A DNA stretch of 64,000 nucleotides from Chrysomallon squamiferum (Eukaryota > Animalia > Mollusca): the NCBI GenBank assembly GCA_012295275.1, contig CM022674.1:12214001-12278000 (forward strand), given 5' to 3'. This document shows positions 1 to 56,024 of this stretch, piece by piece. Within the stretch, counting starts at the first letter, position 1. The number at the start of each line of letters is the position of its first letter. The notes beneath the pieces are model-generated. The model was given only the letters and a program-made list of their open reading frames with translations, was not told where the DNA came from and did no database searches. The position numbers and the translations under genes are program-made.

Positions 1-445
1 GAACATCAGGGTGGTGAGGAACAGGCAATTACTTTCTTTATGTATATGTTCGGTTGTTATATATTATCAAAAATGAACGATCAAAATTTGAGTGGGACAA
101 ATAATGTTTCCTTTTAAAAAAAAAAAAAAATTAAAAATTAAATTAATCTTTAGCAGCTAGATTTAACATCTACTCATACTACAAAATATCATTGTTATAT
201 AGCACCAAAATGTATCATCAACCTTATATTACATGCATTTCGAGTTATTCGTTCGTTTGATTTCATTTATGTTTCTCTGACATCGCACAGCTTTCTCGCA
301 GCCATTTTCTATATAATGTGTTTGTTTCCGTCTTCTCTTCATGTTTTTATCTAACACCATTCGTTTAGCAGCTACAACGCTAAATCTGCCATCGACAAAA
401 ACATCTTCATAAGGAAATCTAATATATTATCTTCTTTTTTCAAAG

Positions 446-36994
<36,549 letters not shown>

Positions 36995-37555
36995 CAGGGC
37001 AAAGATCTCCTCAAGGCACAAAATAGCAAAAACAGCAAAAAGTTACAACAAAAAAGGCCAGTAACCGAGATCGGAAAAATCGAAAAGAAAAAAAAAAACA
37101 AAAGGATCAGACAAAAATCAACAGTAGAATAAAAAAATAGGTTAATATTACTTTTTAATTTTAAAATATCAAATGGATTTTTTTTCTTTTTTTCTTTTTT
37201 TTTTTTTTTTGTTTATTGTTTTATTTTGTTGTTTTTTTCTTGATTAAGAAAGAAAGAAAATGTAGCAAATTGAAACAACAAAGAAACATAGCAAACAATC
37301 GTTATGAGGTATCAAAAACTGTTTAACGTGTCAAATTATGATCCTAAAAAACGACCCGGTCACCGGTGGCATATTGCTTCTTTTCTTCGTAATGGTTTTT
37401 TTTTTTTTTTTTTTTTAATGTGTTTTTAGTTTGTTTTATTTGTTTTTTGTGGAGATGTTGTGGGGTTGTTTGTTTGGGTTTTCTGGTGGAGGTTTTTTTT
37501 GGTGTTTTTTTGCGATTTTTCGTTGTTTTTTGGGGGGTGAGGGGTGGTCTCGTGG

Positions 37556-37588
<33 letters not shown>

Positions 37589-40071
37589 CGGAAGTTTTCT
37601 AATGTTTTTGTTTTCTTTCTTATTTTATTATTTTTCCATTTTATTATTATTGTTTATTCAGTGGATGGTGTTAAATAATGTTAAACTTTATTTAGAGTTG
37701 TACGGAATAATAATCAAAAATACAACTCACAGACTTTTAAAATAAATGAATCAATAATGATGTTTCAGAATAAGAGCATTAATTTGTTGTTCTTGTTTTC
37801 TTTCTTCTTTATGATTCTAAACTAACTTTAATCATAATCATCATCAGTAAAATATTATCTTCATAATATCATCTTTATCACCCGTGTGATTATTTTAAAG
37901 CAGCAACATTATACTTGCAGCCTGCAGTTTCCCCAGAGTCCGATATAAATGATTATAAATGCATGACGTGTGATACTGAAGAAAAACGAGACAAAGATCA
38001 GCCATAAAAAAATAAAAAACAGCAGAAACAACAAATGGATAAGGGCGACAGAAAAAGAAAAAGACAAAAAAAAAAAAAAAAAAAATAAGAAAGATACGAA
38101 CAGAAAAGAAAATGTCGGTGAAAAAGAGAGACGCTAGAAAACGATTTTCAGAAATAAAAACTCAAACAGTTCGGCTGGGATGATGTAAGTAGGAGGAAGA
38201 ATATATCTAAAGACAAAACAGAAAAAGATTGCAGAATCTCAGATGACAATATTATCACTGGACCCTGTATTCGTTTCTTCTAGACTGCGGTTTAATAATT
38301 AGCAGTGTTTCTTAAACTGTTTAGAAGGCGGTTAATCGTCATGTCCATGTGAACTGAAAAATGTATAAATGGACACTACATGAGAAAAAAACCAGATAAG
38401 GATACAGTAGCTTGTTTTTATGTCACACCATTGAACAACAATAACAAAACAAACAAACAAACAAAAATAATATTTTCTCTTGTGACGCTGTTTTGTATAT
38501 CAGTATGTCAGAATAAACAAACGTTTCGTGAAAATTCCCATTGTAATTTTTGCAGATTTACAGTGTATTTAATGTGGGGATTTTTGGGGGGTATTTTTTG
38601 TGAGTTTTAATGATCGAAAAACAAAATACCTCATTTCGTCTCTCGCTCATCTGTCTGTATCTTTCTTTCAGCCTATTTCTCTTTCTCTATGTCTGTAAAT
38701 TAATCAGTCATACCTTTTCGTTTTAACTACATTAAAACATACTTTAAAAAGTTGTTCAGCAACGTCTGCAGTTTTCCTGTCTTTCGTAAAATGCAGAAAG
38801 GAATTTTGAAAAATCCAGCAAACTGAAAGAACACAGAAACAAAACTGTCGTTTGAAAGCGACAGAAAAATATTGAAACATCCAACATACTCGATAAATTA
38901 ATCAAACTTAAAAGGAAATATTATACAGAATGATTAAAAAATAAAATAAATTTAAACAAATATTAATAATATTTACACTACTTTCTTTAATTTGTATGAC
39001 AACCAGGTATAACTATAATCTGCTGTGTAAATACGATACCAAATTAATCTTCAGAATAAGATTAGCGTCAAATCCTTTTAGCAAGACCACTAATTACAGA
39101 AATAAGAACGTAAATTCAATAAAAATTTAAAAATTCAATAGAAAGAAAAAATAATAAAAAGAATAATTTTACACACGCACGCACACATTTTTTGTTGTTC
39201 TGTCACGCAAATAGTATAATGGGGGTTTTGTTGTTTTAGGCGTTTTGGGTTTCTTGTTTGTTTATCGGTTGATTTTTTTTTTCTTCTTATTTACTTTTTT
39301 TTATTATTTTTTTTTTTTTTTTTTTTTGTAGGGTTAGTTTTAGATTTGTTTTTGTGTTTTGTTTCGCTTGTTTGTTGTTGTTTTTTTATTGTTAATATTG
39401 TTTTTGTTGTTGTTTTTAAACTATGTAGTTTTTTTTGGTGGTTTTTGTTGTTGTTTCCGGGTTTGTTTTTTTTTTTTTGTTTTTTTTATGTCTTCTGGGG
39501 GGCTGTTGCGTGTATTTTGTTCTGGTTGGGTTTTTTGGGGGGGGTAGCTGATGTTGTTGTTGTTGTTGATCGTGGTTTCTTACTAATTCTGGCATACATC
39601 TAGCAGAATGGTTAGTGTGTCTGCACTAACAGCCATGTCCAGTGACAATAAAGAGTTTCCCTGATAAAGAATCATACAATTCATACAGAATATCGTTAAG
39701 ACGGGTTTATTCTCTAGTGTGTCTGTTTAACTCGTTTCACCACGAAAAACATCACGTACTCTTTTGAGCGGCGAAGAACTGAATAAATATTAAACAAAAT
39801 CTTCTTTGATGTTATTTTATTGACTGAACATTTGTTGCTTTCTGAATAATATGGTAGTATCTTTTGTTTATTTATTTTTTTATTTAAATATTTAAATATT
39901 CTTTTTTTTAAATTATTTTATTTGATGTTTTTTTTATTCTATTTATTTATTTACTTACTTACTTTTTATTTATTTATAAATTTATTTATTTATTTAATTT
40001 ATTTAATTTTTAATTTTTTATTATTTATTTAGAATTTAATTTTTTTTTGTTTTTGTTTTTTTTATTTATTT

Positions 40072-40103
<32 letters not shown>

Positions 40104-40274
40104 TAATTATCATTTACCACAGAGAAACTGTAGACATTATTTCTTGGATCATATAACAAGACAGTGCACAACAATTAAAAAAATTCTTGAAGAAAAAAAA
40201 TTACTGAACTCTGACATCGTCAAGATGAATTTGTCAAGTCTTGGATTTCACATCTTTTGTAAACGTAGTACGAG

Positions 40275-43973
<3,699 letters not shown>

Positions 43974-44235
43974 CTTCTGCTTCAGGGAAATCTCATGACA
44001 TCATTAATGTTTACTTCCGATCAAATCGACAGCATTCGGAAAACTTGTTGTATTATGATGACGTCATTTCTGTAAGGTTTTCCACAGAGCAAGGTACAAT
44101 TTCTAATTAATACAGCCAGTAGCATACTTTCCTCTAATTTTATATTTTTAACAAATAATGAATATAAAACAAGAATATTAGTCACTTTAAAGCTGAAACA
44201 TTTTTCAATTTATATTTAAGCCCTGATGAAACGCA

Positions 44236-44341
<106 letters not shown>

Positions 44342-45393
44342 GTCACAGTTTTATGCTGAAATGTTAATTAATAAAAGATTAAAACATACGTGTGTTGTAC
44401 TGACAGCGACAGCTTTACGAAGTTTGTGCACGGTTGATAGAAGCGTTGATATAGAAAAAAGAAATTTGGTGCTCGAATTGAAATAGTGTTTGCCGCTGCC
44501 CAAAAAATTGCTCGTTTCCACTGAGGATGGTCGCTTTGTCCCTTTCGTTCTGACAAATAATGACGTAGAAATTTCTGGAGAAATTCATCTGATTGCAGAT
44601 GAGCGCCCAATTGACACGATAGGAAAAATAGACGACCTGGTACTGATTTTTTCCTGGAGTAGTAACACAGATTTCATTATGGGCATTATTAAGTGACCGT
44701 TATGCACTGACTGCTACCACATGGAAATGGTAATCGAAAAACGATCACTTTTTTATTATGAAGAGAAGACGAAGAAAAGAAAAATTTGACGCCATTTCCA
44801 ATGATCCCTTGGCGGGAAGCACATTTCGACGATTTCGATTCATATAATCCTAAATATGACAGACGATGGTATATTAATAATACTAGGCGGTCGTTTTCCA
44901 TCTGTTAATTTTGAATAAATCAATACCACCTGTAATCATCTACTTTTTTTTTTGGATTGTATAACAGGTTCCCGTGCCATAGTTATCCAAAAATTCAACA
45001 GGATATGACTGCTAGTGATGGTTTGTTTGTTTGTTTGTTTGTTTTTGTTGGGTTTTTTGAGGGTTCGGGAAGTTGTTTTTCTTTGTTTTGTTTTTGGGGG
45101 GTGTTGTTTCTTTTTGTTTTCTTTTTTTCCTTTTTTCGTATTTTCTTATTTTTTTTTTTTTTTTTTTTTTTCAGTTTGTACAGATGAGCATTACTAACAG
45201 AACATTGCCTATAAAATAATTGCAGGTTTCCGCAAAACAGTAAAAGAACAAATCAGTGATTGGTAAATCTTCAGTGGCTTCGGTACAGTTTTGAATGACA
45301 GTGACAATTCATTTAGTCATCAAATGCACATCATGATTTTGATCGTGCATTAAAATGGGCAGATATTTATTTGTAAATGTACAATTTAAAGGT

Positions 45394-45871
45394 ATGAGTC
45401 AATTTTGAAGTGAAGTTAATTTATTTTTACCTATATCCTTTGGATCAGTCACGCACATATCTTGATTACCCATCAAGCCATAGATCTCCATGGTCTGTTT
45501 ATATTTGACAAGTATTTCTAACACAATCCAATTTAAAAAAATTATTATTGTTGTTGTTGTTCCTACTTTTTTATGTCTGTTTCTTGTTTTAGGTAATCTT
45601 TTTTTCTGAAAAAAATTGTTTTATAAAATAAAATGAGTCAATTTTGAAGTGAAGTTAATTTATTTTTACCTATATCCTTTGGATCAGTCACGCACATATC
45701 TTGATTACCCATCAAGCCATAGATCTCCATGGTCTGTTTATATTTGACAAGTATTTCTAACACAATCCAATTTAAAAAATTATTATTGTTGTTGTTGTTC
45801 CTACTTTTTTATGTCTGTTTCTTGTTTTAGGTAATCTTTTTTTTCTGAAAAAATTGTTTTATAAAATAAAA
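45394..45871. repeat. Near-perfect ~239-bp direct tandem duplication
   Basis: atgagtcaattttgaagtgaag... starts at 45394 and again at 45633; the differences I see are in homopolymer lengths. Confidence 0.92.
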
Positions 45872-48848
45872 TTTAACAAAGATTTTTTTTAATAAAATAT
45901 AGGTTTTTTGCTTAAATTTTTCAAAAGATTTAGCATTTCGATTTATTGTAGCTGCTGCTTTCAGGAACAGTTATAATAAAACAACTGAAATTATATTTTA
46001 TTGTTGTTTTAGTATTTTTACTTTTTGGGGGTTTTTTTGTTATTATTATTATTTTTTTTTTTTTTGCTAAAACATGCTCACCTGACACACATACACACCT
46101 GCATGCATGCATACGTAGATATAAACACATAATTCTCTTTTCCTTAAAATAAATGAATAAAAAACACAGAAATTTTTATAATCTGAACTTTATTTTTAAA
46201 AGTAACATTTTCAAATAAACAAAAAGTTTAAATCTTTAAATAAATTTTAAAATAAAACAATGAAAAATAAGTTATAAATTAGTACAATTGCAAAAAATAA
46301 TAATAATAAAAATAATAACAATAATAATAATAATAAGTAAATAAGTAAATAAATAAACAAAAAATAAAAATAACAGAAAACAGAAAATAATGAAATAGAA
46401 ATAATAATAATGCATTTAAAAAAAGTAAGATTTGTCAGCATCATGAAATCACTACTAATAAATAAATAAATAAATAAATAAATAAATGTATTTTATTATA
46501 ATGATGCTAATAATAATAAACCAACTCAACAACAGTATTCTACAATGTAAAATGAAATTTCTTGAAATTTTTTAATAAACTTTTATACATTGATAATTTG
46601 GATTTAAAAAATATTAATAATATTAAAAAAATTATCCAATTATGTTTCATAAAAGTAATTTAGGTTTCATTTGACAAGCATTTCTGTAAATGGCATATTA
46701 AAATAACAATAAAGAAATGATTTGAAAACAATAATCATCTTATGTTATTTCATTATATAATAAAGTTCTGAAAAAATACACATACAGTCATGAAAAAAAG
46801 ATTTGACAAATGTAATCTGTTGAACTGTATTTAAACAATAAAATCTTGTGAAAAAATACAATTGCTGAAATTTATAGTCAGTTTAATAAATGTTATCATT
46901 TGAACAAACAAAAACTTTAAATTCCTAACACGAAAATACTAAATTAAAAATATTACATTAAAAATTATGAACTTTTATACTGCCAGAAATTATATCATAA
47001 TAATAATAAATATTAACAATACATTAATAATAAAAATGCAAACATTGCATTAATAATAGTAATATTAATAATAATAAAATGCAAACACATTTTTCTACAA
47101 ATCCTATTTCTGCAGTTAAATTTGATTGTTTGTTTTTGTTGTTGTTTTACTATTTGAAATCAATAAACAATACTGAGATTTAACATTTGCAAATCTTGTA
47201 TTTCAGAAATATTAGTAATTAACAATTTAGTTTTAACAAGTTCAAGTTGCTTTTCAATACAATATACAGAAGCCTACCTTTGTGTTAGTCAGAATGACAC
47301 AAGCTTTAAATGTATCCCACACATAGCTGGTAATAGGCCAAACTGCTAATTGAGTATTGTTTAATCAGTGCTAGATTGAGATTTACATATGGGTAAATAT
47401 ATATACTTGTAGAATATATTATATACTTAAAGTAACAGAATCTGGCCATCACAACAAGATAAATATAATACATTTTAACAGTTAAATTGGTTTCAGTTTT
47501 TAGTTGTTGTTTTTTTTTTTTTGATGGGTTATTATTGTTGTAAAGTTTTGGGATGTCTCTTCTTTCATTTTAAATGTAATCTATAAATTCATGAAGAAAA
47601 GATTAACACATGCTAACTCTTCAATTACAAAAAAAAAAAAAAATAATAATAATAAATTTAATAAAATAAAATAAATAAATAAATAAGAAATAATATGATT
47701 AAAACAATATTTATGACATCTGTGAAAAAGATACAACTGAAATTTGAAATGTTTATATTTCATTTAAAGTAGATTTCCTGGTAATTAAACATGGATATTG
47801 AAATAGTAAAAGAATTTCATAATTATAATCAGCCAATATCACATTCAACTGAAAGTAATAAATAGAAAATTTAAAGAAAAATCTCTTAAAAAAAAAAAAA
47901 ATTATAATATTTGTGTATTTATAAATTAAATTAGAACATGTCTAGAAAAGATTTTATTTTTGTCTATATTATAAAATTGAGAATATATTTCATTTTGCTT
48001 ATTACTTACTTATTCTTTATTTTCTTTTTTGTTCTTTTTATAAATTTTTTTAAGTCTGAGTGTTACTATTTTATAGATCTTTCAAAAAATTTGTCTTATC
48101 TGTGTAATTACAAAATATTATTTATTTATTTTTACCCATTTCCAGTGACCAAGAACCATAGCAATAGATTAGAATTATTGAACCAAAAACTGTTAATGCC
48201 AGTTTTAACCTGTCTGATTGTCTAAAACTCAAATGGACAAAACATATATTTATGAATAAAAGTTACAAGAAACAAGCAAACTGATCTTCTTGTTGTTGTT
48301 GGAAAGATTAAATGAAATTCTATTTTAATTACCTTACTCATGACTAAAGATTTTTTTCATATTTTATGACACTGTTCAAAGTGAAATGTCTCTGTAGTGT
48401 TATGCCCTAAAAAAATAGAATTTTAGATATTTAGATATAAATTGTGTTCTTTACACTTTTAGTGGCAGTACTATGCTGCAAAAATGTCACCTTAAAAAAT
48501 AAATTTTTAACTTCAGTCTACTAAAATATTTTATTCAATTTTAAATAACATATTTTGTAATCTTTTTAGATATCTTTCTTCAGCTATGTGGCATATTGTG
48601 TTGGCTATCTTGAATAAATTCATACTGATAACAAAAATAGAGATATAAAAAAAGTCAGTAACTAAATCTATTTAAATTTTTACTGCCAAATTCAACAACC
48701 ATTCATTTTAACCTGGCCTTCATTTATTACTTTCTGTTGTCATAAACAACCATTATTTATCCAACAAGTACTTCAAATTATTATTTTCTGTTGTCACTGT
48801 TTTCACTACTATTGTATGTAAACAATTTGTATGTTTCTTCTTACATAT

Positions 48849-49081
48849 TTACTTTGTGAATCCTGGATTTTCTCGAGCTGGACCAGCTTCCCTATCAGTT
48901 GACTTGGCACCTCCAAATCTCTTTGGAGTAAACCTGTACAAACAAACAATCAATTCACAGTGATGCCAACTTTTACTAAATTATGAGACTAATGAATCTT
49001 CATGACAAAGTGGAAATGTGTGCCATGAGACCTTGCAGAATATTCTGTACATTTTGTGTTTGGACAGCTTTTATTTTCTTA

Positions 49082-49130
<49 letters not shown>

Positions 49131-52100
49131 TATTGTCAATTTAATTACTTTATATGTATTAAATATGATTATAATTCCTCTAGTGTTCAGTTGGAAGTGC
49201 CAAACATAAAAGCAGAAATGAATATATCACCTTGTTATATAAACAAAAATTCCAGCACCAATAACAATAGCCACACCCACGATTGATATTACCATTGGCA
49301 CAATCCCGGAACTTTTTCTTCTTCTGAAAAGAAACAGAAAACAATTATATCACTTTTAGCAGTTCAGTTTGATATAGTACTTCAAACCTTTATATTCAGT
49401 TAAGAATAGTAGTTCTATTTCACACTTTTAATTGCTCAATTTAAAACACTATTTTGTTTGTTTTACTCTGTTTCATAATTTTTTTCATTTATTTATTATT
49501 TTGTGGGTTTCTGTTTTGTTTATTTATTTTTTCAAGGGGAAAGTCTTTTTTCTTTCTTTTTTTATCATAGGGGAGACTTTTATTACCCTTTTTTTTTTCT
49601 TCTCAGGACATATTTTTAAAAAGTTTACATTTTACTATCATGCTTTACTCATGGTTCCCATACAAATCTCCAATATAGTTTTCTGTACTTTTTAAGTATT
49701 TGTAAGGATTTAATAGATCTCTATGGGGCAATAATGACTTGTGTGATCAGAACATATGATACGTTCAAGGTTGTGTCAGGGCATCCAATAGTAATTATTA
49801 CTCTTGAGTAATACTCATATTTACATTAGAGTTCTGACAAAATACTGTTTTGCACAAAATTAAGAACAGAATTTGGGTATACACCAGTATGGACTTTTAC
49901 TGACTTCTGAAATTTAAAGATATTTAATATTTAAGTGAATGTTTATGAGTCTTAACAACAGTAGGAACTAAGTTTATTTTCCATAAAAGTTCAGAAAACA
50001 AAGCATAGATGCAGAAAATGTATTTAGAATGTATGTTTATACATGGACCAATAAGCATGGACCAAAAAATCTAAGTTAAATTTGGTATACCTATGCACAG
50101 AGAAAGAAATTTTAAAAAGCACCAATTTCATACCACAATGGCCTCCTGTGCATGATTTGGAAATTGTTTTCTCAGACAACCCTGAAGAACAGACTGGAGT
50201 TCCAATAACTGTGTAATATAGACTTCTGCATTTTCTAGCCTGTTTTATGGAACGATAACAAGATGAGCTACAAGTACCTTCATGAACCGACTCCCATGTA
50301 GACCAACGTCCTTCAGCTGCAGACAAAGTAAACATTTGCAATTGTTACTATTAATAGAAAGAAAAACAAAAAAATGTAATCATATTGTTTCACATAACAA
50401 AATTATATCATAAGAATAATGATGATGATGATGATGATGATGATATAACAATGTAAACTTCTTTTTTTCCCTCAGCATTTTGGAACTTAAAAAAAATCAG
50501 ATAACACTGAAATGATGATGATGGTCAAAAATGATAATCAAGTTTACTTGCATTCATACATTTATTAAATATTCATTTATTATTCACTAGTTAATAATAT
50601 AAATTCAGGAAATGAGGTTATTATCAGTTTTAAAAAGAGCTTTGCACACAAATCAAGAATTATAAATTAAAAAATTCTGATGACATTAGAAACCTCATTA
50701 ATACTTTTAAGACTACATGCACCCAGTCATGTCAGAAAAATTGCAGAATGCTCATTTTTAACCTTACTCTTTTGTTGTTATAATTTGTTACTAATTAACA
50801 AGTAAAGCAATAACTTCCAAAATGTTTCAGACTGTTTCTTCATTCATAAAAAATATATTAAAAAGTTCTTTACCAATACATTCCTTGTTCTCATGGCATT
50901 TTTCAGAACTTTCTTTTTTGTCACTACCAACACATTCATTACTCAGGTCTCCTGCAGATGGCTGTGGACTAATACAATGCCGAACATAGACCTTTCTTCG
51001 TTCTCCTAAGCCACATGAAACACTACATGGAGTTTTTTTTTTTCCTGCCAGTCTGACCATCCACCGAGTACTTGAAAAAAATATTTATTTAGACAAATAT
51101 ATACATATATTACATTTCTTATATTTTATTTGTAAAATAATTATGTGGAAATTGTTTTGTTTTTTTGTTTTGTTTTGCTTCATATTTCCTTCAGGCTCTG
51201 ATGTTTAATTCTCTCTTTTATTATTATTTTTGGTAACTGTTTCTTACCTGAAGGACATGATGTTCTGTATTTATAAATATTATCCCGAACTGTATTTTCA
51301 ACTGCACCTCCTTCTTGTTGACACTTATTGGCCAAAAATGAATTAGGAAGTTCTCTGAGACATCTTGTCACATTCCTGATTATGGGTATTCTGCAATATA
51401 AATATCTATAATAGTATAAAACATAATCAGACTTTTTTGTACTGTTTTTTGTTTTTATATAAGATTAGCTTGGCTGTTCACATGTCAACAATGGTCACTG
51501 TGCCACAAAGTGTTAAGGTCAAGTTGTTTTATATAAATCTTAGTAACTGTCAAACAAAAACACATTGTATACTTTCATGTTATTTTCTTATTGAGTGTTA
51601 TCAACAACAACAAAACAATTAAAATAAAAAATAAAAAATTAACAATTAAATAAAATACAAATTTCAAAAATTTCAATAAATTTAAATATTATCATTGGAA
51701 TCTCTGAACACTTCTCAACATGATATCATGAAAAAAGAAAAATATGTTTGCTGTCTTACATCTCATGAATTTATATATTTTTGGTTAATACATCAATTAA
51801 TTGCATAGAAAATATACTTAGGGGTCATTCCGTGTCAAATCACCCCCAAAAAAATAAATTTAAACCCGACCGTCTCCGATTTTTATGAAACTTGGTATAC
51901 TTGCTGATTGGGATCCCACAGCACCAATCAGACTAGTGGTGTGGGAGATATGGCCCCCCGAATTTTGAGATTTTTCACTTACACACACATTCTGCTTTTA
52001 ACACCCTCTATATCTTGGACTCCTGGGTCCAGCATTCCTTTAATTCCTCCAGAATGCAAATAGATAAATTGGTTCATTGTCGTGCCTACAGGCTGAAAGC

Positions 52101-52635
52101 ATGCTGTATCCATTTGCGCGGAGAATTTTAAAGAACATGCTGACTCCCCATCTGACTCCCAGATCATTATCAAGGTCACTAACACTGGAATAAACAATAA
52201 CTATTATCATATCTTTATCTGTATCTTTTCAAACTCTTATGATAATACTCAAATGCACACAAATATACTTTTCACAAACACATATGTTTATTAATCTTAT
52301 ATGGCACAGAATAAATTAATTATATAACAAAGAAACAGAAGACAACATATTTGTATTAAATTAGTCTTTTTCTTTTTTTTTTTTTTTTTTTTTGTAATTT
52401 TTTGTTACGTAAAAATTTGAAATATTATCAAAGAATTTATACTTTATATACTAATATATGTTCTTTCGGGGTTTTTTTTTAAAATTATTTTGGTCAAGAT
52501 ACCGGGGGGGGGAATAATTATTTTAAAAAATTTAGAAATGCATTACACCAGTATATTCATTCTAATTACTTTCACTGTTATTAATTTGAAATATCTGTTA
52601 CTTTATCCAATGTTACCTGTAACGAAAAAAGACAT
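48849..52635 (-). CDS. Gene 3: signal peptide + 6-Cys domain + 2 TSP1 + TM + short tail (~307 aa; two apparent 1-nt frameshifts in A-runs)
   Basis: Exons 52617-52635, 51983-52184, 51248-51390, 50874-51070, 50134-50316, 49231-49323, 48849-48933. Signal MSFFVTVLVTLIMIWESDG; TSP1 WSDW..CSVSCGLG and WSTW..CSSSC; TM IVPMVISIVGVAIVIGAGIFVYIT; tail ends ENPGFTK*. Confidence 0.8.
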
Positions 52636-52650
52636 CATTTGTTAAAAAGG

Positions 52651-52693
<43 letters not shown>

Positions 52694-52914
52694 GACTTTT
52701 ATGCTTCGCAAGAAATAGAAAGTTAATAATGCCTGTGATGTTAAAACAACTCCAGAACAGATGCAAATGTTCGACTGCTGGCAACATTTTGGCGGTTCTC
52801 GTGTGATTCTTCGAGAATATAACTCGATCTAATGTCCCTGTAACCATACGTATAATTTGTTATGAGTTATTTATTTTATTATATTTTATTTTTTTTATTT
52901 TATTTTATTATTAT

Positions 52915-53355
52915 CAGGGCCGGCGCCAGACATGCCCAAAATTTGTAAACAATAATTTTATAACAATTTATTTTTAACATCATAAGTGATCCCAATGGAC
53001 AAGATTTTTTCTGTCACGGACATTTAAATAGCCCACAAAGGCCATTTATTTCCTTGTTTATACCATCAAAATAAGAAGTTACCGCACTCGGTTTGGTTTC
53101 CGCGACAAACTCAAGATTTCGTACATGCGAGATTCTACGGAAAAACTCGTGGCCTATAAAAAACACGCGAACAAAGTTTCGGCCTGCCTTTTTTCGCAGA
53201 CTGAATCTATCCGATTATTTGTCCCTGTTGGAAATAAACCAGGATAAAAAAAATAAAATAAAATACCCTGAATAAAACTGTAATTTATTTATTTTTCAAA
53301 AACTATTGTTGATTTGGAGAAATGCGCCGCCTGAAATCAGCGCCCTAGGCGGCTG
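52915..53355. mobile_element. Possible hAT-like non-autonomous element fragment
   Basis: GC-rich cagggccggcgcc start and gcgccgcc...gcgccctaggcggc sub-terminal motifs in an AT-rich background; no TSD found. Confidence 0.35.
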
Positions 53356-54824
53356 TATAGTTTTCCTAAATGGAAACGCCGGCTCTGATTATTTATTATT
53401 ATTATTATTATTATTATTGTCGTTTTCATGTGTCGAGTTTCGGTACCATGGTTCCATTGTTTATCGCAACAATTCAAATTCGGCTTTATACTTTTTACAA
53501 TCGCGAATTTTGTGCTGACCATAATATTGTTGGCAAAATCCCTATTTTACAGAAATGTTACCTGTTGTGCTTAAATGAAGAATGTATGATATATAACAGC
53601 TCCATTTCAGAATATGTACAAAATCAATACATTATAATTATTATATTTTAGTTACTTTATTAAAGCTGGCTGAATGTTGTTTATAGAAATTATTTCTGAT
53701 GAATTTTGTTTAACAGACTTACACTAGTATTTTCTGGCCGTCAGCAAACTCGCTGTTGCTATTCTAAGGGCAATGTTTTATATCTCGTCAAAATTTTCAT
53801 GATGTATCTTTCAGCGCCCATTAAGTGAATACTTTTAATTAACCAGACGCAGGTATACACATGTATTTAGCATTGTCGGCACCGAAAAAGATTAGTCCTG
53901 TCCTGCAAGTTCCATAATCTGTCAATTTTTATTTAATTTTGTTACAGCAATACAAAACAAAATAGTCACACATCTCTCCATTTTAAATTTATCCTTGGTC
54001 CAGAAAATAGGAAAACGTTGTCCCATGCTTGCAGATAAATTGTCTGGTACCTCTATTTATTGTTTGTTTTAATAGTTTGTTTTTAGAAGACATTATCTTT
54101 AAAAACTGAACATGGAATTAACTGTAAAATACATATTTAAAAATAATAATAATTAAAAAAAAAAATAACAAAGATGTTTTTGTGTGTTTAACCATTTTTG
54201 AACATAAAGTTATAAATAGACAAACAAAAATATGTTAAAAAAAACAAACATTTATATCATGAACATAAATAATTTTTTTTTTAATATACAAAACTTCATC
54301 TTTCAAAGAAGAGCTTTACAAATGTAACTGGACAGTCGTTAACTTAAATCTATAAAAAAACAAATTCATAATATATTATACTAAACTAAAGGCTGTTAAC
54401 AAAATATGTAAAATTGTTATATTCATGAAATGAATAGTGTAATAAATTAACATATAAACAGTATAAAAATAAAATAATACATATAGTCAATTACAATTTT
54501 TTTCTTGCTTGAAAACAAGAAAATCTTTTTCTAAACAAACAGCTAAGCAATAAATATGTTCATACGAGTTACTCAAAAAAGGCAACTTATGTTATCCAAA
54601 AGTATACTTTATGAATATTTGTATCATTCCCCCCCAAATTTTTTTTTAATAATAGTATCAAAAAAACATAAATGTGAATTGTTTTATCTTTAAATGTCTA
54701 AATTTCCTTTTCTGAATAGCCATTTCTTTAAACTTTGGTATTTTTGGCACAGTTTTTAATATATCTGTATGTATGAAATATATTTCTTTGAAGCCTTCTT
54801 GTAAAAAATCTGGTGTTTTCTTTG

Positions 54825-55631
54825 CTACTGTCTTGTTTTCTTCCTCTCAATTGTCATCTCCCCGATGCTGGTAGTCTTTTTTTTAATCTGTTATGAACAA
54901 GAAAAAGATGTTTTGATGACAAAATAGGCTTTAACTGGAAAAGGTTTTTTTGGTATACCTTAACCAGATTGCAGTAAATTGCATTAATTTTCAATCTGGA
55001 TTTCTTTGACTGAGTTCCTTAAGGCACAGTCTTTAATACATTTTGTTTGGCTTGTTAAGTTAGATGAACATAGAATAAATAGGTCTAGGGTAGGTCAGCT
55101 CAAGGTTAGGTCAGGCCAAGGTTAAATCACTTTTGATACAACTGAAGCTGAACTATTTATAGTATGTCTGACACCTGGTTGGATAAAATATGCCAGAAAT
55201 TCCACAGTTAGTTATAAAATTTATCACAAAAGCTTCCAGAACATTTTGTAATTTGCACCTCTTTTTTATTAATATGTTTCCTACAACCAACAGAATTTCA
55301 TGTAGGAAAAAAATCTATAGAAATGATATCAACAAACCTTACAATTATGACATATTTTAAAAATAATTCTTATGATGAATTGCTTTGTTCTAAAAACTAT
55401 AATGCTGTAAAAATAACAAAAGCAATATTACCATAACATATATTCCAGCACCAATAACAAAAAGCACTGCTATAACTAGTATAGGTATAAACTTGGTATC
55501 AACATTTGTGAATCGATGTTTTGCTTCTGAAAAGAAACACCAACTAAAACTCTAAAATACTTAATTCAGAACCGTAACGGTTTTGATTTTCACTTCAAAA
55601 TATTTTTTAAATTTGGATTTTAATTGAAAAT

Positions 55632-55674
<43 letters not shown>

Positions 55675-55987
55675 TAGATAGATAGATTTATGTTTATGTG
55701 CATGTAGATATACGTGTGGGAGTGTGTGTGTGTGTGTGTGTCCTGCACTCACTCTATGTAGGGCAAAATGACTGTTCAAAGTTCTATGTACCTGACTGCA
55801 TCTGGCAATTCTGATCTTTGCAGGATAAACCTGATACCTTAAGACAGTATAGTTATTCCCAACATATATTAACTGACGATTTATGTTTGGTTTTGGGAGG
55901 GATTTTATTTTTTTTATTGTTTCTGGTTATTGTTGCAGTTACTGACAATCAACATTGTTGTCGTTCTTTTTGTTATTTATTTTATTT

Positions 55988-56024
<37 letters not shown>

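Noticed and set aside
39590-39720. tagcagaatggttag, resembling a tRNA or SINE A-box
   Set aside because: No B-box or cloverleaf can be formed; insufficient evidence.
44368-44940. Higher-complexity stretch with short overlapping ORFs on both strands
   Set aside because: No recognisable motif, no convincing splice pair and no paralogy to the cluster; may be a repeat remnant and needs a database search.
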